From Candidatus Segatella intestinihominis (GTDB taxonomy: Bacteria > Bacteroidota > Bacteroidia > Bacteroidales > Bacteroidaceae): a stretch of 64,000 nucleotides of DNA. Location of the stretch: assembly GCA_900548535.1 (NCBI GenBank), contig URLG01000002.1:25711-89710 (forward strand), in the 5' to 3' direction. The notes below the pieces were generated by a model, which was not told the DNA's origin, did not search any database, and saw only the letters and a program-made list of their open reading frames with translations. The position numbers and the translations under genes are program-made. Shown in pieces: positions 22,182 through 29,825 of this stretch. Position 1 is the stretch's first letter. Each line of letters starts with the position of its first letter.

Positions 22182-23057
22182 ATGACAGAACTTAGAGATA
22201 GATATATACGTTTTGACTGGGCTATTAAGAGATTGCTCCGTCAAAAAGCTAATTTTGGTGTATTGGAAGGCTTTCTTACTGTTTTCTTGAACGAGGAGGT
22301 AAAAATCATCGACATACTGGAAAGTGAAGGTAACCAGAGTGCTGCCGATGATAAATTTAATCGCGTCGACATCAAAGCTAAAAATAGTAAAGGTGAAATC
22401 ATTATTGTAGAAATACAAAATACAAGTGAACTCTACTATCTGGAGCGCGTGCTCTATGGAGTAGCTAAAGCTATCACCGAACACATCAATCTAGGAAACA
22501 GTTACAAAGAGGTAAAGAAGGTCTATTCCATCAGCATCCTTTATTTCGACTTAGGAAAAGGTTCTGACTATATCTATGTAGGTCAGAACAATTTCGTGGG
22601 ACTACATACGAAGGACCAACTTATCATCAGTACCAAGGAGAGGGACAATATCGTAAGGAAATCACCTTCAGAGATTTTCCCAACCTACATTCTTGTTCGT
22701 GTCAACGAATTCAATAGTGTAGCTAAATCGCCGTTGGAGGAGTGGGTCAACTACCTAAAGAACGGCGTTATCGCTGCCGACACCAAGGCTCCAGGACTGC
22801 AAGAGGCTCGCGAAAAGCTGAAATATTACGAGATGTCTGACGCCGAACGTCATGCATACGATGAGCATCTCAATGCCATCATGATACAAAACGATGTCTT
22901 GACCAATGCTAAGCAAGAAGGAAGGGCTGAAGGAAGGGCTGAAGGAAGGGCTGAAGAGAAAAAAGCCATTGCCCTCAGCCTGTTGGCTCAGAATGTAGCT
23001 CCAGAAATCATCGCACAGGCTACAGGATTAAGTATCGAAGAAATCAAAAAGCTATAA
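22182..23057 (+). CDS. Rpn family nuclease, copy 2
   Basis: Same motifs as copy 1, C-terminal repeat region 20 aa shorter. -7 element at 22135..22142. Confidence 0.9.
   Translation: MTELRDRYIRFDWAIKRLLRQKANFGVLEGFLTVFLNEEVKIIDILESEGNQSAADDKFNRVDIKAKNSKGEIIIVEIQNTSELYYLERVLYGVAKAITEHINLGNSYKEVKKVYSISILYFDLGKGSDYIYVGQNNFVGLHTKDQLIISTKERDNIVRKSPSEIFPTYILVRVNEFNSVAKSPLEEWVNYLKNGVIAADTKAPGLQEAREKLKYYEMSDAERHAYDEHLNAIMIQNDVLTNAKQEGRAEGRAEGRAEEKKAIALSLLAQNVAPEIIAQATGLSIEEIKKL
22917..22952 (+). repeat. 12-bp coding tandem repeat GAAGGAAGGGCT x3 (EGRA)
   Basis: Read directly; the unit differs from that of copy 1. Confidence 0.9.
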
Positions 23058-23062
23058 ATACC

Positions 23063-23097
23063 AGGCGGTTCTCGAACATATCGGGAACCGCCTATTT
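23063..23097 (+). terminator. Terminator-like hairpin after Rpn copy 2
   Basis: AGGCGGTTCTCGA...TCGGGAACCGCCT followed by ATTT; outer stem shared with the two upstream hairpins. Confidence 0.7.
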
Positions 23098-23122
23098 GGA
23101 TTCTTATGGTTATAGAACCACA

Positions 23123-23329
23123 TCATCCATAGTAAGTAGCACCTGCGCTATCGACGAATAAGCTGTGTAGATTTGCTACATATTGCTTAAATAAGATGTA
23201 TGGGGATATCTGCATTGAGGATGTCGTGAAAAGTTCCTCCCGAGGGCACTCCTTTGCCATAGCGAGGGCACAAAGGTGCCGTCGTGAGGAACAAAACTCT
23301 GGTACGAGGTAGTATCTCTTTTTCGCCAT
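23123..23329 (-). CDS. Possible 68-aa ORF (MAKKRYY...) crossing the inverted palindromic element
   Basis: TAATTTTG at 23352..23359 and an A-rich leader precede the ATG. No recognisable domain. Confidence 0.3.
   Translation of the reverse strand: MAKKRYYLVPEFCSSRRHLCALAMAKECPREELFTTSSMQISPYILFKQYVANLHSLFVDSAGATYYG
23233..23292 (-). repeat. 60-bp palindromic element, diverged inverted copy
   Basis: Ungapped manual alignment to the reverse complement of 20866..20925 gives about 42/60 matches, same length and ends. Confidence 0.65.
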
Positions 23330-23438
23330 AATCTTTACTGTTTCATCTGTGCAAAATTATAAGCAAAATATATCTTCATCAAGTCTTTCAAGTTAAAGTA
23401 CCTAAAGACGTACCTAAAGAAACAACTTTATTAGTAAA

Positions 23439-23454
23439 TGCAAACGATTGCGCA
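23439..23454. promoter_or_regulatory. LacI-type operator TGCAAACGATTGCGCA upstream of the amylase
   Basis: Identical to 13032..13047; -7 element TAACTTTG at 23507..23514. Confidence 0.8.
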
Positions 23455-23570
23455 AATCGTTTACTTGATTTACATCAAATCTGAACTATGGTATCAGAAA
23501 TAGTCGTAACTTTGCCAACGAAAAAGAATACAACTTACAATTAAACATAAGATAGTAATCAAAAAATACA

Positions 23571-25595
23571 ATGATAATTATGAAGAAGATATACTTTACA
23601 CTCTTCGCCTTACTGGCAAGCATCAATATGTTTGCACAAGGTTGGCCTGTTAACTACAGTGGCGTCATGCTGCAAGGATTCTCATGGGATTCTTACGATT
23701 ACTCACAATGGAACGTCCTGGAGAAGCAAGCTGATGACATGAAAGGATTCATCGACCTAGTATGGCTTCCACAAAGCGGAAAATGTATCGAAACCACACA
23801 GGTGATGGGCTATAAGCCATATTATTATTTCAACCAGAACTCCTCATTTGGAACTGAGGCTGAACTCAGAAACCTGATTGCCAAGTTTAGAGCCGCTGGT
23901 ATAGGCGCAATAGCAGATGTTGTGGTCAACCACCGCAATACAGACGGCTGGTTCACCTTCCCGGCAGAAACCTACAAGGGAGTGACCTACCAGATGTTGT
24001 CTACCGACATCTGCAAGAATGATGATGGTGAAAGTACGGCAACACAGGCAAAAAAAGACGGGGTTAGCCTCAGCAATAACTATGATGAGGGAACCGACTT
24101 TGGAGGATGCCGTGATATTGACCATAAGAGCGAGAACGTGCAGAAGATTATCAAGGCATATCTGAAATTCCTGAAGGAGGATATGGGATATACCGGTTTC
24201 CGCTACGATATGGTAAAGGGTTTCAGCGGTACTCACGTGGCTGACTACAATGATGCAACAGGTATAGAATACTCGGTAGGTGAATATTGGGATAGCAACG
24301 AGAAGATAGAATCTTGGATTAACGCTACCCAGAAGAAGAGTGCAGCCTTCGACTTCCAGTTCCGCTACAATGTGCGTGATGCTGTGAATGGTGCAGCCGA
24401 CGGAAAGGTAGCCTCCTCTTCTGATTGGAGCAAGCTCAATAGCACCATCAATCTGATGCACGATGCCAACTATCGCCAGTACTCAGTAACATTCGTGGAA
24501 AATCACGATATGCAATATCGTTCTGCCTCTGAGCCTCTTGACCCTCTACACAAAGACACCTTGGCTGCCAACGCCTACATGCTTGCCATGCCGGGCACGC
24601 CTTGCATCTTCCAACCACACTGGAGAGCCTACAAGCAAGAGTTGAAGAGCATGATCGAAGCCCGCAAACTTGCAGGCATCACCAACATAAGCAACTATGT
24701 AAACAAGTACTCAAAGAAAACTTGCTTCGCCAATGAAACTACCGGCGACAAGGCTAAGCTCATCGTGGTTGTAGGAAACAACACCAAGGAATATACGCCA
24801 AGTGCCGACTATGCACAGATTCTCGAAGGATACCACTATCGTTATTATCTTTCTAAATCTGCAGAAACCGCATGGTGCAACATTCCATCAGGCGAATACG
24901 AGGCAGGATTCAAGGCTAAGCTTACGGCTGTCAGTCAGAACAGCAATGCCAAACTGGTATACACCACTGACGGCACAGCCCCTACAGCCAAGAGCAAGCA
25001 GGTGGCTACAGGTAGCACCATCAACATAGATGAGACATGCACCTTGAAGGTTGGCTTGCTCAGCAACGGAACCGTAACAGGTATCCGTACCTACAATTAT
25101 ACCATCAAGGCATTCGAGCCATATACCATCACCATATATGCCAATGCTGACCAGGTAACCAACTGGGGTTCAGCCATGTATTTCTACGCATGGAATACAA
25201 GCGGAGAGCTCACAGAAAAATGGCCAGGTACTGCTGTCACAGCAACCAAGACGCTGAACGGAAAGAAGTGGTACTATATGGACTTCAAGATCAAGAGCAA
25301 GGATGCCATCGTAAACATCATCTTCAATCAGGGGAAAAACAAGAAGCAGACCGAAGACTTGAAAGCCGTCAACAGCACCAAGTATTATGAGATTACCCCT
25401 AAACAGAATGAGGGCAAATACACCTGCAATGATGTTACCGCCATCTGGGCACCAACAGGCATCACGGGAACCCCAACCATAAGCAATACCACAACAGACA
25501 ATGCATGGTATACACTTAGCGGTATGAAATTGGGTAAGAAACCTGCTGAGAGCGGTGTTTACATCCACCAGGGAAAGAAAGTGATTATCAGATAA
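23571..25595 (+). CDS. Secreted GH13 alpha-amylase with Fn3-associated domain, CBM26-like starch-binding module and T9SS-type C-terminal domain
   Basis: MLQGFSWD, DVVVNHR, GFRYDMVKG, VGEYW, FVENHD; YTTDGTAPT; YFYAW..WPG..IIFN; tail WYTLSGMKL..GVYIHQGKKVIIR. Start may be 23580. Confidence 0.88.
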   Translation: MIIMKKIYFTLFALLASINMFAQGWPVNYSGVMLQGFSWDSYDYSQWNVLEKQADDMKGFIDLVWLPQSGKCIETTQVMGYKPYYYFNQNSSFGTEAELRNLIAKFRAAGIGAIADVVVNHRNTDGWFTFPAETYKGVTYQMLSTDICKNDDGESTATQAKKDGVSLSNNYDEGTDFGGCRDIDHKSENVQKIIKAYLKFLKEDMGYTGFRYDMVKGFSGTHVADYNDATGIEYSVGEYWDSNEKIESWINATQKKSAAFDFQFRYNVRDAVNGAADGKVASSSDWSKLNSTINLMHDANYRQYSVTFVENHDMQYRSASEPLDPLHKDTLAANAYMLAMPGTPCIFQPHWRAYKQELKSMIEARKLAGITNISNYVNKYSKKTCFANETTGDKAKLIVVVGNNTKEYTPSADYAQILEGYHYRYYLSKSAETAWCNIPSGEYEAGFKAKLTAVSQNSNAKLVYTTDGTAPTAKSKQVATGSTINIDETCTLKVGLLSNGTVTGIRTYNYTIKAFEPYTITIYANADQVTNWGSAMYFYAWNTSGELTEKWPGTAVTATKTLNGKKWYYMDFKIKSKDAIVNIIFNQGKNKKQTEDLKAVNSTKYYEITPKQNEGKYTCNDVTAIWAPTGITGTPTISNTTTDNAWYTLSGMKLGKKPAESGVYIHQGKKVIIR

Positions 25596-25712
25596 GAATA
25601 CGAAAATAGAGAATAGTTTAAAGATTTTATGTTCTTAGGTTTAGGTTTAAGTTTGTTTTAAATGTACTTTTAGTACATACAAGGTAACAAGTTAGTAGTT
25701 TTAGGTAAAGAC

Positions 25713-25756
25713 AAAAGAGGTATACCCAAGATTCGTCTTCGGGATATACCTCTTTT
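25713..25756. terminator. Bidirectional terminator between the amylase and nadK
   Basis: AAAAGAGGTATA...TATACCTCTTTT stem with TTCG loop. Confidence 0.85.
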
Positions 25757-25805
25757 CTTATTCTACTTATCTTCTTATTCTACTTATCTTCTTATTCTAC
25801 TTATC
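25755..25805. repeat. 17-bp tandem repeat x3 (TTCTTATTCTACTTATC) overlapping the nadK stop
   Basis: Three perfect copies starting at 25755, 25772 and 25789. Confidence 0.9.
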
Positions 25806-26691
25806 TTTCGCGCTGGTCAGCACCCCACATCAGTTTTTCTCTCAAGGTAGAGAAATAACGCTGGTTGCGCTGCTTCACAATCTTGATGCTATGAGGAGCC
25901 TTTCGGATGATAAGGCGGGTTTCCTCCGTCATACGCTCACTACGACCATCGATGGCTACCAGATAGTTGTGGCTGCGACTCTCGATATCGAGCGTGATGA
26001 CAGCCGTATCGTTGATGACGATAGGACGGATGTTCAGACTGTGAGGAGCCACCGGAGTAAGACAGATGCTACCACTCTGCGGAATGATGATAGGTCCGCC
26101 ATTCGAAAGATTGTATGCCGTAGAACCGGTTGGCGTAGTAACAATCAGACCATCCGCCTGATAAGTGACGAGGAATTCGCCATCTACCTGCGTACGTATG
26201 GAAATCATCGAAGCATCATCACGCTTCAGCACGGCAATATCGTTGAGGGCGAACGGATTGCCAGCCAGAACGCCCCCTTCAGCCTCAACCTGAATCACCG
26301 CATGCTCCTCTATCAGGCATTCACCTGCATAAAGACTGTCCAGAGCCGTCTCAATCTCGCTAGGCAGCACATCAGCAAGGAAGCCCAACCGGCCCATATT
26401 CACACCGATGATAGGCGTACCCTTGGCTCCCACCCGGCTCGCCGCCTTCAGGAAGGTACCGTCACCACCCATAGAGATGACATAATCCACATCAAAGTTG
26501 TAATCCTCGAACACCCCAGCCGCCTTCACATCGAGTTGCTGGTCTCGGGTAAGAAACTCATAATAAGCATTCTCCACATAAACTTCAGCCTCTTTCTTAT
26601 CGAGATAAGAGAGGATGGTTTCGATGGAAGCCGACTTCTTTGCCTGGTATTCATTGCCAAATATGGCAAATTTTAAATGTTGTTGTGCCAT
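25801..26691 (-). CDS. nadK: NAD kinase
   Basis: GGDGT, GRLGFL, ADGLIVTTPTGSTAYNLSNGGP. Confidence 0.95.
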   Translation of the reverse strand: MAQQHLKFAIFGNEYQAKKSASIETILSYLDKKEAEVYVENAYYEFLTRDQQLDVKAAGVFEDYNFDVDYVISMGGDGTFLKAASRVGAKGTPIIGVNMGRLGFLADVLPSEIETALDSLYAGECLIEEHAVIQVEAEGGVLAGNPFALNDIAVLKRDDASMISIRTQVDGEFLVTYQADGLIVTTPTGSTAYNLSNGGPIIIPQSGSICLTPVAPHSLNIRPIVINDTAVITLDIESRSHNYLVAIDGRSERMTEETRLIIRKAPHSIKIVKQRNQRYFSTLREKLMWGADQRER

Positions 26692-26825
26692 TTATTTTGC
26701 AGTTTCAATAATTATTCTTACTTTTGCAAAAGGAAATCCATCTCTATATAATAAGGTGGAACATTCCTTCACGATTGCAAAATTACGAATATTAATTGAA
26801 TAATACGACAAAAAACAAATAAATT

Positions 26826-27398
26826 ATGGCAAAAGTATATGAATTTCTTGCCAACGGCTTCGAGGAAATCGAGGGATTGGCACCAGTAGACATCCTCCGC
26901 AGAGGTGGTGTAGACATCAAAACCGTAGGCATCACGGGCAGTGAATGGGTAGAGACATCACATGGCATCACCATCAAGGCAGACCTCCAGTTTGAGAACG
27001 TAGAGAGCTTTGAGGATGCAGATATGCTCCTCCTGCCAGGCGGTCTGCCAGGCAGCACCAACCTCAATGAGCACGAGGGTGTGCGCCAGGCTCTCATCGC
27101 CCAGCACAAGGCAGGCAAACGTGTGGGTGCCATCTGCGCCGCACCAATGGTATTGGCTAGCACAGGCATCTTGGACGGCAAGAAAGCAACCTGCTCACCA
27201 GGCTTCGAGCGTTACTTCGGCGAGAGCACCGAGTACACAGGCGAACTCTTCCAGGAGGATGGCAATGTGATCACAGGCGAAGGTCCAGCCGCAACCCTTC
27301 CTTATGCATACCAGATATTGAGCTATTTCGTAGGCAAGGAGGAAGTGGCAAAATTGCAAAAGGGTATGCAGTATGCCCACCTCATGGCAAGTAAGTAA
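26826..27398 (+). CDS. DJ-1/ThiJ/YajL family protein
   Basis: GFEEIE, LPGGLPG, AICAAP. Confidence 0.9.
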   Translation: MAKVYEFLANGFEEIEGLAPVDILRRGGVDIKTVGITGSEWVETSHGITIKADLQFENVESFEDADMLLLPGGLPGSTNLNEHEGVRQALIAQHKAGKRVGAICAAPMVLASTGILDGKKATCSPGFERYFGESTEYTGELFQEDGNVITGEGPAATLPYAYQILSYFVGKEEVAKLQKGMQYAHLMASK

Positions 27399-27434
27399 TT
27401 CATAATTATTAATTCTAAATTATAAATTAGAACC

Positions 27435-28106
27435 ATGGATTACGTAATCATAGTAGCCGGAGGCAAGGGCCTCCGCATGGGCAGCGAGATACCCAAGCAG
27501 TTTCTCCCTATCGCAGGCAAGCCTATCCTGATGCGCACCATCGAGCGATTCCATGAGTATGATGAGAACCTCAACATCATCTTGGTGTTGCCAGAGAGCC
27601 AGCAGCAGTACTGGCACCAGCTCTGCGAGCAGCATCATTTCGACATCAAGCACCAGATAGCCAATGGTGGCGATACCCGTTTCCAATCATCCAAGAACGG
27701 CCTTGCCTTGATTCCAGATGATGAGGATGGCGTAGTGGGCATTCACGATGGCGTACGCCCATTCGTTTCCACCGAGGTCATCTCAGAGTGTTACGAGACG
27801 GCTCGTGAGGAATATGCCGCCCTGCCAGTATACGCCGTAACCGATACTTTGCGTTATATCGACAAGCGTGGCGGTGGCAAGAATGTGATGCGCGACGATT
27901 ATCGCATCGTGCAGACTCCGCAGACCTTCGACATCAGCCTAGCCAAACAAGCCTTCAACCAGGGTTACAAGGAGCAGTTTACCGACGATGCCTCTGTGAT
28001 AGAGAGCTTAGGTTGCCAAGTGGCAATGGTAGAGGGCAATCGAGAGAACATCAAGATTACCACACCATTCGACATCAAAGTGGCTGAAGCATTATTGGCA
28101 GAATAA
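27435..28106 (+). CDS. ispD: 2-C-methyl-D-erythritol 4-phosphate cytidylyltransferase
   Basis: [43 protein letters not shown]; housekeeping context. Confidence 0.9.
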   Translation: MDYVIIVAGGKGLRMGSEIPKQFLPIAGKPILMRTIERFHEYDENLNIILVLPESQQQYWHQLCEQHHFDIKHQIANGGDTRFQSSKNGLALIPDDEDGVVGIHDGVRPFVSTEVISECYETAREEYAALPVYAVTDTLRYIDKRGGGKNVMRDDYRIVQTPQTFDISLAKQAFNQGYKEQFTDDASVIESLGCQVAMVEGNRENIKITTPFDIKVAEALLAE

Positions 28107-28139
28107 GAAACTTGTAGATAATGTAGAAGTTTAGATAAA

Positions 28140-28184
28140 AAAACAAGGAGATAATCGCCATCAACGGCGCCTATCTCCTTTTTT
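28140..28184. terminator. Bidirectional terminator
   Basis: AAGGAGATA...TATCTCCTT stem with flanking A/T runs between convergent genes. Confidence 0.7.
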
Positions 28185-28226
28185 AATTGCTTATGGAAAC
28201 ATATTTGTTAAAACTAACTTTCTAAA

Positions 28227-29174
28227 TTAAGAGTAGCGGATGATTTGTCCTGGATTCAACTTCTTATCCTTGCGATAACCATTGAGACGACAAATCTGCT
28301 CTACTGTTACACCACGCTTCTCTGCAATAGAATTGAGCGTTTCACCAGCCTTAACCTTATGATAAAGCTTTTCGCCTGATGGGCTAGCTTTATATCTGCC
28401 AACCTCGCCACCATTCACTTGCTCACGAGTATAGCCGCCATTGCCCACCTTACCACGGGCTGCATTAGCCTCAGCATACTCACTTTCATAAGTGTCGCGA
28501 TTGAAATTATAGAAATCGCCTGTAACATCCTGATTGCGGAAATCAAAGAACAAGGCAGGATTCAAAGCCACACCACAGAGACGAGTTTCAAAGTGGAGGT
28601 GAGAACCTGTGCTTCGGCCGGTGTTGCCACCCAATCCGATAACATCACCAGCCTTTACTTCCTCGTTCTCAGAAACTAGCTGCTTAGACAAGTGACCATA
28701 GATGGTCTCCAATCCATTATTGTGACGAATCACGATGTACTTACCGTAACCACCACCTTCATATCTTACGATGCGAACTTTGCCAGAGAAGGCTGCGCGG
28801 ATTGAGTCGCCAATATAAACCTTGATGTCCATACCTTTATGTTGGCGGCCAAAGCTAGCACGATAACCGAAGTTACTTGTGACAACGCGACTAGGAGTTG
28901 GCATGCAGAAATGACGGAGGTCGATGCGGAAGTGCTCAGGCAATGAAGTTGCCTTATGTGCATACTTGTTGGAGAAATCCTCATACAGCTCTGCCGATGG
29001 GTTCTCTCTATCCTCTATCAATCGATAATGCGACACTGCGAGTGTGTCAAGCGATTTCATGCGATGGTCTACTGGTGCCTGTCTTGCCAACAAGTCCTGA
29101 CCACAAACGGGTACAGCTGTTAGCGCCAACAACGCCAAGGCCGAAATCTTCTTCATGTTAATTTTAAAGTTCAT
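28227..29174 (-). CDS. M23 peptidoglycan DD-endopeptidase with C-terminal LysM
   Basis: HKGMD, YGHL, GNTGRSTGSHLHFE; HKVKAGETLNSIA LysM. Start may be 29156. Confidence 0.92.
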   Translation of the reverse strand: MNFKINMKKISALALLALTAVPVCGQDLLARQAPVDHRMKSLDTLAVSHYRLIEDRENPSAELYEDFSNKYAHKATSLPEHFRIDLRHFCMPTPSRVVTSNFGYRASFGRQHKGMDIKVYIGDSIRAAFSGKVRIVRYEGGGYGKYIVIRHNNGLETIYGHLSKQLVSENEEVKAGDVIGLGGNTGRSTGSHLHFETRLCGVALNPALFFDFRNQDVTGDFYNFNRDTYESEYAEANAARGKVGNGGYTREQVNGGEVGRYKASPSGEKLYHKVKAGETLNSIAEKRGVTVEQICRLNGYRKDKKLNPGQIIRYS

Positions 29175-29440
29175 ACTACTTTTTCTAATTCTTCTTTTTT
29201 AGGTCCAACATTTCTTTTGTCAATAAGAGCAGAATAATAAGTGAAATTCCGCAATAAACCGCTAAAGCAAATGCCTTAATATGCAGTTTTGTTATATAGA
29301 CGTTGCAAATATAACAAAAATAATTCAAATAGCCAAGGCTGTTAACGCCAACTGGCGCATATTTAACGTGAATACCCCGTTTTTAACTTTTGTTACGATT
29401 CTAAGGCCTAATAGATTGAGTTGTAATGAGTTTCTATCTT

Positions 29441-29779
29441 TTATTTCCGATTTTGTAGCATTCTGAGCAAAACTACAGCCGGTGAATGTCCCATAAAGAT
29501 ATATTTCTTCACTTCGGGGCTTGTAAATCTCAGGCATTTCTGATAGGCAGTATAGAGTTGTTCTAGATTAATGGTAAACTCCTTGCCCGAGGCTTCGCGA
29601 ATACCAATAATCATTCTTGCTGTTACGTGAAGTTTTACATATTTGATGCCTTTCACGCTCTCTATCTCTTGCAATCCCATCAAGAATTTCCTCATCTCAT
29701 CCATCGTCAATGCAGGACGAGGCTCATATATGGCAGGCTTACGCCTACGGTCTATCTTCTCTTCACTCATCTGTTCCAT
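29441..29779 (-). CDS. Hypothetical protein, 112 aa
   Basis: Fills the gap downstream of recG in the same orientation; plausible composition. Confidence 0.6.
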   Translation of the reverse strand: MEQMSEEKIDRRRKPAIYEPRPALTMDEMRKFLMGLQEIESVKGIKYVKLHVTARMIIGIREASGKEFTINLEQLYTAYQKCLRFTSPEVKKYIFMGHSPAVVLLRMLQNRK

Positions 29780-29825
29780 TAACTATCAAATTTCTTCATT
29801 AACAATAACTATCCTATTCTCTCCC

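Larger units (their letters stand above)
20784..23097 (+). repeat. Tandem duplication, 1169-bp offset: hairpin + palindromic element + promoter + Rpn gene, twice
   Basis: 20784..21386 matches 21953..22555 with two mismatches seen; beyond that the copies diverge mostly at synonymous sites. Confidence 0.92.

Noticed and set aside
20784..23097. Rpn pair as a classical IS or composite transposon
   Set aside because: No DDE or HUH transposase motif and no clear target-site duplication. The transposase label for this family is only putative.
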